Source: Phoronis australis (taxonomy: Eukaryota; Animalia; Phoronida). Taken from it: a stretch of 64,000 nt of DNA. This document shows positions 36,984-49,900 of the stretch, piece by piece (position 1 is the first letter of the stretch; each line of letters begins with the position of its first letter). The stretch lies in assembly GCA_002633005.1 (NCBI GenBank), contig NMRA01000080.1, positions 215,291 to 279,290 on the forward strand, read 5' to 3'. The translations under genes and the position numbers were made by a program. A model generated the notes under the pieces. That model worked only from the letters and a program-made list of their open reading frames with translations, was not told the DNA's origin and ran no database searches.

Positions 36984-38472
36984 CGCCGCGCACCCAGCCT
37001 TCAATATGGGGGGCTCGAATTCCTAACGTTGTGGACCTTTTGGTAACAAAATAGCCGGCGGACTAAAAAATAAGGGGGCGCACCACTGTGAATTGCGCGT
37101 TTGTGCTTGTTTAGTGGACTTTTGTCTCATTTTCTCGGACTTTTTGTCTCTTACAGACGGACCTTTTTGCCCACTTCGCCAAATGGGGGCTCATTCGAGC
37201 CCCCCGAGCCCTCCCTCCCCCTGGGTGCGCGCATGGTAAAAGGCATCTTTAATTTGGGAAACCGGTAATGGTCGGATATAACATGCCCGCATTTTGGGAA
37301 CCAGTTTTCCTCAATAAATAACGGGTAATAACTGGTTCTCAAAATATGGGCACGTTACATACGCACACCCAGCCTAAAATAAAGGGGACTCGAATTTTCC
37401 CGTATGCGGACCTCCCCCTGGGTGCGCCCATGCGTTATATTCTACTATTGCCATGAAACCTCTAGATTTGACAACATAGGTTGTTTGGTTAGAATGATGC
37501 TGCATTTTGCCCTGTTTAGCTGGCTAAACATGGAAGTCGACTTAGGCCTTTTACTTTCAGAGTGTTCTCATAATATTCCGTACGGTGAGAGGATTCTATT
37601 TCGTCGGCATTACCAAGATCATTGAAACCATTCATTGGTGACTCGAGAAAACGCTTCAGAGTTTATTGGGGTTGACCAAGTCTAAAGCTGTGTATTCAAA
37701 AATGGCACGTGATAGCATTGCCTCTACTATGACTAATTGCCGGCTAATCTGGTAGCAATTCAGGATCGGAGGAACGTAGTGAAGATTTTAAACCCCAAAT
37801 CGCTTCGGTTAGGAATTCAATAATGACAACAAAACGGCGGCGAAATGCGTAGTAAAGTCCAGCACCGTACTTTTCATTAATGTCGGACTTTTAATAGCGG
37901 AACAGCAACTGATACGAGCTTAATTTGCTTGCAACAAAAATTTTCGTCTCCAAACGTTTCCAGCAACGTAAATTCGTGCCTGGCAATTTAGCATGCGTTG
38001 GACACAATAACAAATGCTTTTGATCGCCGACCATTTATTGGAATTCTCGGAATTTTCAAAACCAAATGCTTAACAATCGACTTTGCTGTTTTAAATGTTT
38101 CTCAATGTTAAATTTTCAAATTTCTAAGAATTTTGAATGACTCCAATAACGATTTTAAATTCATTAGTCAATGTCGCACGACTAATAAAACAACCAACAC
38201 ATAGAACAAATTCATGGGCGGCGCACCCTAGGGTTCTTTAGGGTTATGGTAAGCCACTTATTTCAGTGCTGCGCCGCCCATGCAAGTAGCACAATTTTAC
38301 ATTGGCGATACAATATTGTATACCCTTCCCGTCCACCGACCGATGGTGAGTTATATAGAGGCTAGTCACGACTGCAGCGCATCAGACGATGTCTGACCTC
38401 TTTCAAAAACACGCGACACGTGCACAACTCCTTTGTCCAGTGCTCTAGCCTCTAGGCGAGTCACGGTGGTCA

Positions 38473-41400
38473 TCATGCTAGCCGCTGGGCGTTACATAAG
38501 TTGTAGTAACTTCCCTGCTTAGCCAAGAGCTCTTGGTGGGTACCCTGCTCAGCGATCACACCGTTCTCCACCACAGCGATAGAGTCGGCGTTCTGTATCG
38601 TGGACAGTCGGTGTGCGATGATCAGACACGTGCGACCTGCTCGCGCCTTATCTAAGGCGACTTGAACAATCTGCAATAGAAATGAGGTGAAGGATTTATG
38701 TAGTTTTGCAGTTTTTAACATTCACAGAAGGTTAAAATGACCTTAGTGTTGTCACGGCCAATCAAGATGTTTTAATACGTCCCTTTCTACACATGAGTTA
38801 TCACTTTGCCTGAAACGCGCGCACCCACAGGGGGGCTCGGGGGGCTCGAACGAGCCCCACCTCCCCCCATTTGGCGGAGTGAGCAAAAAGGTCTGCCACA
38901 GTGAAACAAAAATTCTTTAAAAGTAAAAAATACGAGACTATAATTCACTAAAAAGGCAGGAGCTACCAAAATTCGGCGAATGCACAACTCAAAGCTTTAA
39001 ATGTACCCCGTGAATCTTAGTGAAAAGGTCCACGTTCTCAATAACTCGAGCCCCCCAATTTTAGGCTGGATGCGCGCATGTGAAATAAAGCTTATGGGAC
39101 AGCCAGCTAAAGAGGGCGAGTGGTCACAGGGTATGGAGTATTTGCGGTGCGTGTGAAGTTCAAGGGCGTGGGGTATGGAATTCGGTGTACCGTGGATTTG
39201 GTGTTTGATGGTCCGGGATGGAGCTTACGGAATCGTAGTTGGAATTTTGAGATACAGTTATGGTATGGTTTCCATTCGCTAAAAATTCTACCTTTTCACT
39301 TTCCGTGTCCAGAGCAGACGTCGCCTCGTCAAGCAACAAGATCTTGGGGCTGCACACGAGCGCACGTGCGATGGCAATTCTTTGTTTCTGCCCACCAGAC
39401 AGCTGCGTCCCCTTTTCTCCAACCTGAGTGTCATAACCCTGTAAAGGCAAATTTACTCCGTACAACACGTAACATCATTAAAAATATTGTTTTGCCCGTC
39501 AAAGGATGACAGCTAAAGAAACGCATTGCATGTTAAAGCTCGATATGCCTGATAACTGAATCTTCCTCTTTTATTTTGGCGAGGTAATGCGGCTTAATAT
39601 TGGAACATCATCTCTCAGAAATAGCCCATCTGGTTCATATGAAACTTTCAGATATCATAGTTTATATGCTGTTTTCAAAATTTTACAGTTTTGCATGAGG
39701 GGATATCAAAAATAGGATATTCATGAATTTCATGAAAAAAATCAAAAATTGCATCAAACTAATACGAAGAAATACTTTAGCTAACTGGAGCAGAGTTTTT
39801 GAGATTTCGTCTTGAACATTTACATCAAATGAAATTTGGTCATGTTATTGATACCGTTGTTGTGCTATGAATGTTCCGTTTTGCGAAATTGACAATTTTT
39901 TTCAAGTCAAAATCAAATTTTACATGCTTTCTACTTTCAGAAATAAACACTTTTACTGGTTTAGTATCTATAGGCTTATACATAGTTGATCCTAATTTTT
40001 TGCACTGTTTAGCAGATAAAAAACGAAAACTGAATTAGACATTTAACTCCCATAAAATCGGTCTCATAATATTCCTTACTGTAACAGAATTTGAATTCTG
40101 ATAACAGACAATACCATCAAGACCACAAGCAACTCGGGAAAATCTTCACAGTTTATTGGGGTCGACCAACCCTAAAACTGAGAATTTGACATTAGCGCGT
40201 GTGCGCCTTACCTGCGCACTTGGATTTGACAAAGGAAATAGAATTCTATCACGGTACGGAATATTATGTAAGGCCGATTTCATGAAAGTAAAGTGCCTCA
40301 GTCGATTTTTGTTGTTTTTAGCCAGCTAAACAGGGTGACTGGAAATGTAACTTTAACCGGATTTATCCCTGGAAATATTTTTAATACTATAAAGGGACTT
40401 TATCCTTCAACTACCCCGTGCCTCCCTGTTCTGTCCGTCTTTTTACAATTTAGTGTACATTGCAAACAGGACAAATGCGTGCAATATTCGTACAACAGCC
40501 TCTACCGTAAATTGTAATCAAAGGACTATTGCAGGAAAGCTAATCTGTACTTTCTACAAAAAAACAAGTTTTGATTTCGTACACATGTAGTAAGGAATTT
40601 GTCTTAGATTGTTCTTTTGTCAAATTACGGAAGACCTCTGACCTCGGGAAGAACAGACAGCTCGTTATTTATTCAGACCAAAGCTCATAAAATCTCACAT
40701 CAGTGAACCGAGCACAGGGACCAGTTCTAAACTAAGTGCGGAATAAGATAAGACCAGTTTTATAACGCCAAGTCAAAATTTTTTGACAAAAACCATGGGT
40801 TTAATGCCACCCAGTTTAATATAATGTACTCGTGCAAGCGCCTTTTTATACTCACGTTTACATTTTAAGAAAATTAATTGTAGAAATAATATTAAAAAAG
40901 AATTATATTCATTAAATCTTCTCGTGAGTAGTGCAATCAGAGCATGACCACTCCCTAGCGGGAGTATGCCTAGTACTGTCGAGTTAAACTTACAGCAGGC
41001 AAATCCTCGATGAAATCGTGTATGTTGGCGATTCTGGCAGCGTCAATAATGTCGTAGTCGGAAATGTAGTCGACACCGTAGGAGATATTGTCGCGTATGG
41101 AACAGTCAAACAGCACTGGCTCCTGGCTCACAACGCCGATTTGTTTGCGCAGCCACGTGACGTTCAGTTTGGTAAGGTCGGTACCATCCAGTAACTGAAA
41201 TTTGAAGGGAATGTCTAAAACACTGTGTCACCATGTTGCGTGACCAGAGAAAATTGATATGAATACGAAGAGTTGCATTCTTTCCAAGTCTATTTTTTCG
41301 CAACATATGACGAAGAAAATATTCAGTCATGGTTATGGATGCTGTGGCTTGTGAATGACAGAGATTGGGGCCCATACATGGTTGGCGAGAAGACCTCAGA

Positions 41401-43674
41401 CGCAACGTATAAGATATCGCCGTTTATTGGCAAGCGTGATCCACATTTGAGGTAATGCGCTGAAGTTATGTGGTAGTTGCGGTGATTTTCCAAAAAATTG
41501 TGCATTTCCTCTGTTATTCATAAGTGTTTCAGAAACCTGACCACAAACGCCGTCAAGAGAAACGTAGTCTTGAACTTCAGGTGCAGTCGAGTCATCACTC
41601 GAAAATATTTCCATATTGAATAGGCGCTAACATGGAGAGGGACCGGTCTAGCGGATTCGAACCCTTCCCCTGCTAGAACGCTTCGGCATTGCCTTTACAA
41701 GGTTTCCAATGTTTCACCTATGTTCATCTGATTGTTGCACCCACCCCCCCCCCCTTGGCCATAGACCCCGGGTCCGCGCTTGGTTACTGTTTTGTTATAG
41801 TAAATTTGCGCCTGAATACCCTGTATTGGTGTTTTCATAATAATTGGTCAGTAATGCTTGGCGATTTAGCAGCCGGGCTGAAGTGCGTAAAGAGGTCCAG
41901 TAACTGCTGTGGGTTGTTGTCGAGGGTTACAGCTGGAATGGCATTGCTTTGTTTCAAAGACTTTTTTAACTATTAAAAGTGTTCTTGTTGTTTTTGATAT
42001 CAGTTCAGAGGTTAAATCAGAGTGAGGCATTTAAATAAAAACTTACAATTTGACCGCGGTTTGGGTCGTAAAATCGCTGGATAAGCGACACGGTGGTGCT
42101 TTTCCCCGATCCACTGCTGCCAACTAGCGCCACGGATTGGCCAGGTTTGACGGTCAAGTTGAGTCCCTTAAGGATGTCGATGTCCGGGCGATTGGGGTAG
42201 GCAAACTTCACGTCTTGAAACTCGATCTTTCCTTGAACATCGTCCTGTGTGAGAAAATTTCGACTGCGCCTATTCAGTTTTAGTCAATATCCACACACAG
42301 ATTTTTATGAGATTTTTGTTTTAATGCATAAAAGAGAAACAATGTTGATTAATTACAGGTTTTTATGTCAGTAAAAGAGAGGTCGACCATCCAAACCTTC
42401 TTAAATTCACAAAAACGATACATATCCTAACGCAGATTTTTTATGCTTCGTTTTCTTTTGTGAAATCTAATTCACTTAGAATTTTTTTGCGTATTCGTTT
42501 ATTTTCGTTTCCTTGGTGTTCTGCAAAAATTATTTAATTTATATACGTAGCTGCTGACGCTGGAACTGACAGTGTCAGATAATAAACACAAACATTGCCG
42601 CACTAACAACACTCTAAACGTAGAGTCTGTGCTGGCAACAACAGTAGTGGAGGGTACTAGATACCCGAGTTCAATTTATTTTGATGAATCGCAGTGAACG
42701 ATGTTCTCGACTTTCTGGCTACCAGTGCCTGGTTGCATGAAACAATCCCAAATAAGGACCCAATGACTAAGCTCCTTAATCAACTGCGTGTTCGTGTCTT
42801 TCTTTACTCAGGGATGTTATCTCTTTCTATCATATTTCATCTTCTTTATGAACCCCTCTTTGACTAGTGACATTTTCTAATAATATAACTAAAAGCTTAG
42901 TTCAGCGAAAATAAGTAGGGACTCAGTCCTTAAATTAGGGGCGTTGCATGAAAAGATCCTTATTTATTTGTGATAATTTTGAGAATTCAACGTAGCGTTC
43001 ACTCTCGATTTGTATCAATGAAAGTCTAAAATTGATTTAGTAATGAAATTAAAACAGTATATGAAAGTAAAATCGGAGTTTTGACTAGTCCACAAATACG
43101 CAATAGATTTAGGGAACCTAGTTGAATTCCTATTAGGGGCTGTTTCATGCAATCGGGCACGTGTAGTCTTCGTTTGGATTAATACACGTGCCGGTATTTA
43201 AGCCAACACTAACGTATAAATCCCTATTAGATCCCGTCAGATTATCTCCACATGTGTCACACGCGTCATTTTCAGACGAAAAAAGCATGACAATTTCCTT
43301 GCCACTTCGGGCATCAAATACAAAGCTAAGTGGCCGTTTCTGCTTTTAATAAATTCTTCTGCCTGCTTTTCTCCCAAGTTTTTCTTCGGTGACCGAACTA
43401 TTTTTGAGCGCCGATTCACGAAATATTCGTCGAGTTCCACGACTCATTGTTTGGCATTTCTAGTAGAGCCGACTCGTGGACGAGACGATCTCGCCATATC
43501 GACTGGTGGCTACGTACCGGTTCTGCCCCCATGAGCGAGTAGCAATCGATGCTAGGGATGGTGTTCATGATCTTCAAAATATGCGCAGCTGACAGCTTGG
43601 CTTTGGAGTAGTCCGGCAGCAGAGAAGCCGCCTGGCCCATGGCTATTCCGGCAAAAGCGATCGCAAAGAAAACC
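38473..43674 (-). CDS. ABCB1: ABCB1/P-glycoprotein (MDR)-like ABC transporter, C-terminal portion only (TM12 + NBD2)
   Basis: Exons 43674-43518 ([26 protein letters not shown]), 42244-42047 (F.YPNRPD, Walker [16 protein letters not shown]), 41194-40994 ([17 protein letters not shown]-loop), 39438-39292 ([36 protein letters not shown]), 38670-38473 (AHRLSTIQ, stop). All GT-AG and in frame. No upstream ABCB exons were recognised in the window. Assignment is to the subfamily; orthology is not established. Confidence 0.9.
38816..39080. mobile_element. Small MITE with (CAT)GCGCGCACCCA TIRs
   Basis: gcgcgcacccac...gctggatgcgcgcatg with GGGGGCTCG/CGAGCCCCC motifs; related copies at 35182-35442 and 35566-35640. 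Confidence 0.55.
42725..43160. mobile_element. MITE, same family as 7216-7853
   Basis: TIRs gtgcctggttgcatgaaaca / tgtttcatgcaatcgggcac. Confidence 0.7.
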
Positions 43675-44605
43675 CTGAAATGGTTAATTGACTGGTTAAG
43701 TTCATTTGTTGATTCAGCGGAATACCGGTTGCTTGGTCGTCATGCAGAATATCCGGTATTCACCAACAAAATCCCCACAGTATAGGCCCCCGATAACAAA
43801 ATTACAACCGCAAAATAGTGCGCATGAGTGACTTTTGTTCTGGTGTTAAATAAAAACACTCTTCGATGAAATGCGATAACGTAACAAAAATATCATTGCC
43901 GCACCATCACAATCATCACAATACCGTTCATAGCACAACTAATTAATAGGGACCTACTTCAAGACACGCACACCAGATGTCGTACCTAGAGTTTCAGGCG
44001 CTGATGTTTACTGCTGCCTCTAACCAGGCAATCGATCGTATGACAAAAACAAAAACATGCATACATCGCCATCGAGGATGATGTGACACTCGACTATATG
44101 TTTTGTCAGAAATTACCGTTTAATTGGTACTAAAACATGGGAACTGTCTCAAAAATGTAAGTTCATACAATAATTGAACCATTACATGGAGGGACATGCT
44201 GACGTTTGTTGGCTATAACAGCAGTCATGGGATTTGTGGAGCCAACAATATTACATGTTATTGGAGTCGATGGCAATGTTTTGGCTACAGCCTATCTTTT
44301 TCGTTCGGTCGCGGTAGCCGACTACATCATGCTAGACATAAGGTCAATTTTATTCTACAGAATTTTGGTTCCCAAAACTCAAGCGTACAGCGACTGAGTT
44401 TCAATTCCGCATCACGTGTTGGAAAACAAATAGTTAATATTTTCGGACTCAGCATAGGCCCTATTTTAAAGTGGTCAAGAATAAATGCCAGTCCAACACC
44501 GATAAAAAAATGATTTGTACCACTTAATGTCATGAAATTGGAGTCAAAATTGTTCCTTCGTCAAACTGGATTTGATCTCAAAGGAAAGACCTGACAATGC
44601 ATTAC

Positions 44606-45005
44606 GGCCCGGTCTCTAATCTTTGTACTCGAAACGAACTCGAAACTATTTTTGGCAATTTCTCTGATCCTTTTGTGCGAACTTAAGATAATTGGTTATT
44701 AGACTGTGCTCGAATACATTACAGTTTATGCATAGGAGTTTCTAGTTCAAGGTTGCCCTTGAAGACCCTTATATTCGTGCTACAAACTCGAGTAAAAACT
44801 CGAAATTTCGAGTTCAAACTCGAACCTATTGCTTTAATATTGGGTTTACAAACTGTGAACTAAGGGCAATAAATTATCTAAGTAAGTTATTGTGTACTCG
44901 AGCATAGAATAATAGACACTTATCTTGAGTTCGCCCACGGTAGAGTAGAAAATGCCAAACCTAATTTCGAGTTCCATTTCGAGTAAAAAGATTGGAGACC
45001 GGGCC
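44606..45005. mobile_element. PIF/Harbinger-like MITE with about 45-bp TIRs
   Basis: ggcccggtctctaatctttgtactcgaaacgaactcgaaa / tttcgagttccatttcgagtaaaaagattggagaccgggcc; internal CTCGAA repeats. Confidence 0.7.
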
Positions 45006-45109
45006 CTGGTCTCACAATGACTTGACTTGTCCCGACGTGGTATCAGTTTATGCGCAGAGTATGATCTTAAATAAGGAGTAACGAACTGTAAGCCCGTGGA
45101 AACCAAAAA

Positions 45110-45580
45110 TCACTTTATTATCATTATTGTTATTATTATTATCATTATTGTTGTTGTTGTTATTATTATAGACTTTATTTAACGAGGATTGATTGAAAAT
45201 ATACAAAACATGCTTAACAAGTGCTAACATACCGCATGGTCCTCAATAATCAATAAACGAATAAAATGAATAAGTAAATAAATTGAATTAATTAAAACAG
45301 AGGTAATTCAAGCCATTTACAAGATTACAGTTGAACAAGAAAACAAATAAAATGAAAGACAAAAAGTGAGAGAGGACAGCCACAGTAGCCAAATTAATGA
45401 CTGTGGTCATTTTAATAGATCATGTCTGAAGCCACTGTAGCTGCTCATGCGCATTCTTTATCACATCAGACGTTATTAAGCGTTCCATTCTTGTACAGCC
45501 TTTACAAAAATTGTAGATTCATAACATGATGTATTGCGCCTTGGTACAGCAAAATTATTGTTACTTGTCAACTGAGTAAC
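45110..45580 (-). mobile_element. CR1/L2-clade LINE 3' remnant with AATAAA and (AAT/AAC)n tail
   Basis: Minus strand encodes NNFAVPRRNTSCYESTIFVKAVQEWNA*, a typical CR1-like ORF2 C-terminus. A T-rich 3' UTR follows, with a GAGGA..TCCTC stem, AATAAA and the microsatellite at 45115-45168. Confidence 0.6.
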
Positions 45581-46148
45581 GATGGAAAAATACCATTTGT
45601 TGAAGTCGTGGACTCATCCCGGGTCGATAGCAACTTCGAATGTTTGCAAAAACCGTATTTTAACAAATAAATGTCGGGTTGACGCCCACCCGTCACGATG
45701 ATTTGACGAACTCAAACTTCGAACTTCGTATTCCAGAGAATGAAGGTACGCCTGTCAGGCAAATTCCGTAAGCCATGTGTTTACGTTTCTAGAGAGACTC
45801 ATAATCAGAAACCAGCTTGCAAAATTGTTGGTGTAAAATTACACAACGTTTCACACGCTAACCCAACCTGAAAACCAATAAGCGTTCAAGTCCAATGACA
45901 GCTGTCAAATGTTCAGATTTGTTTTGACTGAGTAACTACCGCAGATGGCCCAGAGGGATGAGCGATACTAACGATGATATTGTTGAGGAACTGTAAATGG
46001 TAATGACTGGAAAGTGATCGTCTCATTTTTGTCAGTTGTAGCCCGTCATTTATCATGGATTAATGTCAACGACATTTTAAATGGCCTATCAACCAAGCGA
46101 AAGACAGCGCGCTATAGCTTTCTCCTTATAAATTGATCATTTACTTAC

Positions 46149-46989
46149 CGTCATACCATGTAATTCTCGGTTGGGTTTGTTTTAAATTGAGAATAAATCA
46201 GGTCAAAAAATAATTGGCCGGTGTGACCTGCGCCCAACTCATCAGTTTTCCCGTGAAGCCAGCGCCTCCATGCCATGGTCAAAGCTGACATGAGGTGACG
46301 CCGGATGAATGAAGGACCCCAACTCATATCAGCTGTGGTATCAGGCCTGTGACTTTTTCTTTAGTTGATGGTAACTAAAACTGAATCAATTTTCAAAAAG
46401 GCAGACCATGCTATTTATTTCCCGGGGAATTTTCCAGAGTAAATCAAAGGTTATATAATTGGAAAATAGCATATTTTTATCTTTCTAGAACACCGAATAT
46501 AAATTCGTTTCACGGGTAACAATGACGTGGTCAAAAATAGCCGTGAGCCATCATGGAACGAGGACGTTAACTGAACGGTACCGCCGGTAACAGAATGACG
46601 GGGAGTAGTCCGTTGCCGGCTAAGTTTTTTTTGAGAGACATGACAAAAATGTCTCAGCCGAGGCCAGCGTTGGCAAAGATTTTATAGATACCTAGGACGG
46701 CCATCTTGGGATATAGTATCTTTGGCGTTGGTGAACCAACTATACGTATCAAGCTGTTGGGGACAGATACTCTCAGTCCTAACGTGAGACGGAGAGCCTC
46801 ACATAATGTCGCTATTGATGGGCACACAACCTTGCCACCCTTCAGAAATCCTCAGCTGGAAGAGTCCAAACACAGACTAACACCTGAGGAAAACACGTCT
46901 TCATCAGGAATGTATTTTGGCACGTTTGTTGATTGAAAGGGTCCCCGTTGTTGGCCCAGGCTGTGAATCGAATATGATGAGCATTTAAG
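46149..46989. promoter_or_regulatory. Candidate divergent promoter / first-exon region
   Basis: Outward-facing consensus donors: minus ACG|GTAAGT at 46149/46148 and plus AAG|GTGAGT at 46989/46990. Between them are GGGGAATTTTCC (46424-46435) and TGACGTGG (46523-46530). CpG-rich relative to the downstream DNA. Confidence 0.35.
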
Positions 46990-49900
46990 GTGAGTTTACT
47001 GGCTGGTGTATCTTGAAGTATATATACTACGGGTCTGTGTATTGACTATTGACTGAATGTGACGTCTGGTGATTCACACTGCACTGGTCACTCGGGTTTG
47101 TAATCAAGACATAAACACGCTAAACATTGCAGTTAGCTGCGTTGGCTTGCAAAACCAACCGTTGGAGGTACAGCATTTCAGGGCCTCCACAAATAGTACT
47201 TGGAAAACCATAAAACGTTGCCGTGGAGTTAGGAATTCCGTTTTCTTTAGTGGTTTGCTGGAACCAATTCTCTGCGTAAATAGTAATGCTCGTCATTACT
47301 TTGTTGACTAAGGCTGCATTGTGCAAGCCGCACTGGTCAAAGGGCAATGAGACATTGCAGCGACCCTCTAGTTAAGAGTCATCAGGCTGGTGGTGATAGT
47401 AAACCTCAGTTTGATTATGCGTGCAATTGGAAATAATTAAAATTGTCCAAGAAAGGGAATTAACTTCAGTTTACAGGTGAGTCTTTGTGTTTGTTAAAGT
47501 GGCATTAAACCCCTGTTCTGTCAGATGAACATCTGAGGATGAACTAAATTTTGATTTAGACCACTAGATGCCGCTATAAAATTGATCTCAACTTTTTCCT
47601 TACTCAGATGAGAAGTGATTTCTGATCTTGCATAGAACTGAAAGCTAGCTCATAATTCCTTGATGACCATGCTCGGCAAATAAAATGACACACTTACGCC
47701 ATGACAAGCTGAAAAGAATGGTCTTGGTAAAAATTAACTGTCACTTCTGTCCAAGCCCAGAAACTCCTGTTGTTAATAAAGAGCAATCTGAGACCTATTT
47801 CGTAACTGTGAACGGTGAGTGGTCTTAATGTAAAAAATTGACAAGATAGAGGTTTATAGACACTTTAAGTATGGCATATGAGCTTGGCCAGGCGTTGTAT
47901 CTCAAGAGTGCCATATGATAATTAAATAGTGAATTAAATAGTGCAGAGTAAACTGGGTAGAAGGCTTGATTTGCCTTTGCGCTGTAAAACGCATACAATG
48001 AACTGTAAACTGTTCTTTCCTCTCAACCACAGATGTCCTCCCAAACCATCCTAATGAAATCACATACTGTTTTACTGTTTATCTCTGCTCTTTCAACTTA
48101 TCTCCTTGCACTTCAGAAAGCGGATGTTGTAATGGTGGATGCACAGATAAAGAAAATTGTTCTGCTCTGTGTATCTCAGCTTTTAAAGTGTAACACTGTT
48201 GGGCATTTTTCGACATTTTTTAAGAACTTAAAGCACTGCGCGGCATTAACTCTGTGCTTTCCGTCAAAAAATTTATGATTCAGGCCACTCAGCCGTGACC
48301 CGAAAATTTGTGAGCTTGTTCTGAAGGACTAAGAAAATGTCAGTTCTTTCCAAGTCCACAAATCACACTTGGTTTGAGAAGGTACAATTTGATTTGGTAA
48401 GTGGCCTAAATCAAAACTTGTTGTATTTGACTGAAAATGCAGATTTAATGTCACTTTAACTGAAGCCAGCTGTCAACCCTCAGCTTTCCATACCCGAGTA
48501 AGCTCGGCTTACTTACTGTCACCTGATCAATGAACTTTGTTACACCAACAAGTTCCATGGCTGTATATTAAATGAAGTGAAAGAAAAACATATCAAACTA
48601 CAGCTATATTGGTGCCTATGGCCTTTGTGCAATACATGCTTTTTAGGCTGAATAAACATTGGCTAGCACTGAGAGGCTAAACTGATGGACCAAATAGGTA
48701 AGTGTTAAACAAAATATCCTCTACCTGCTCAACATCAGAGTGTCATAAAACTGATTTCATATATGTAGCTGCATTTGAAATGTGGCCCTGTATGAGGATA
48801 GGGGGAATTATTCCACTTAACCATAAAAATGACCAGTGCAACAACAAAACAAGCTTATGTGATTATTTATCATATGTCAGTGTTTCTCACGTTGATTTTA
48901 GCTCAAATTTAGTATGGCAATTTTCTTTTTAATGACGTCATTACTTACAGACCAGTACGAAATGCAACTTTGTTCATCGTTTCATTTACATATTACTGTG
49001 GTTGACAGAACACAGAAACAATTTTTATTCTTAAGAGTCTACGAACAGCCAGTAAAAGCTGTCAAACAAAAAGTACAGTCTGTCTTCAACCAAGTTTATG
49101 TCGCCAGGACTACGGAAAAGTTTCTATACTGGTTTTGCAACTGTGTTCACATTCGGTTACTTTTTTCCAAATAACCTTTGACCCTGATGTTTGTGCACTC
49201 CCTTTTGTACTAATTCACACAGTGTAACCTAATTATGATTTGAGCTTGCACATGGCATTCCATTGATTGTGTCCCCAAGGGATAGAACACAGTCTGCAAT
49301 TGATCAGGGTAATTAGCATGTGAACCGCATTACATTATCATAGCACAAGACAGTGGGGGGACCATCTTTGTGTAATAATTACTGCCCCTTGCAAACATGT
49401 GTAAGATAACACACCATAAAAAAATGTGCTGTCAGAATATTCTATTTTTTGTGAATTGGCGTCTTCACTGGAGCGTCTCTTGCACTTAATGTAATGGGTG
49501 TAGTGGTGGTGCTGCTCATTCAAAAGATCCCAGATTTATGCTTGGCAGAACGGGTAAGTAAGACAATTATACCAAATGATGAAAAACTCTATTGAGGTGA
49601 TACTGCTTTCAAGAAACCCCTCCACCACCCGTACCAAGTTGTTGGTGATTGGGTGATTGAGAATATTATAGCATCCTTCGATGAGAAAGTCTACGGTAAA
49701 AATTCTCCAGTTAAAGACAGTGGAAAAGCAAATGTTTCGCTGCTGGCCGAAGCTTGTACCAAATTTGGGAAACTTGCAGTATTGGACATCCCAATTCAAG
49801 GGGGTGGCAGCAGTTTCTACTGACATGAAAATGGTCACTTCCCAATTCATGTTGAAACCCAGCTGTACAAAAACACGCACTGGTCTTCAATTTTAAGACT

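Larger units (their letters stand above)
35191..38760. repeat. About 1.75-kb direct duplication flanking a 42-N gap (probable uncollapsed haplotypes)
   Basis: 35191-36941 and 36984-38760 are near-identical with scattered SNPs and indels; both hold the ABCB terminal exon. Confidence 0.85.

Noticed and set aside
43950-44010. Possible preceding ABCB exon ending ...GVRVL-AA|gtagg (phase-compatible)
   Set aside because: In-frame stop about 17 codons upstream and no similarity to the expected TM11 sequence.
45048-45230. Poly-Asn ORF
   Set aside because: Translation of the (AAT/AAC)n LINE tail microsatellite.
46200-46250. Minus-strand CTGATGAG hammerhead-like start (also CTGATGAC at about 47380)
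   Set aside because: No GAAA core follows the putative stem II.
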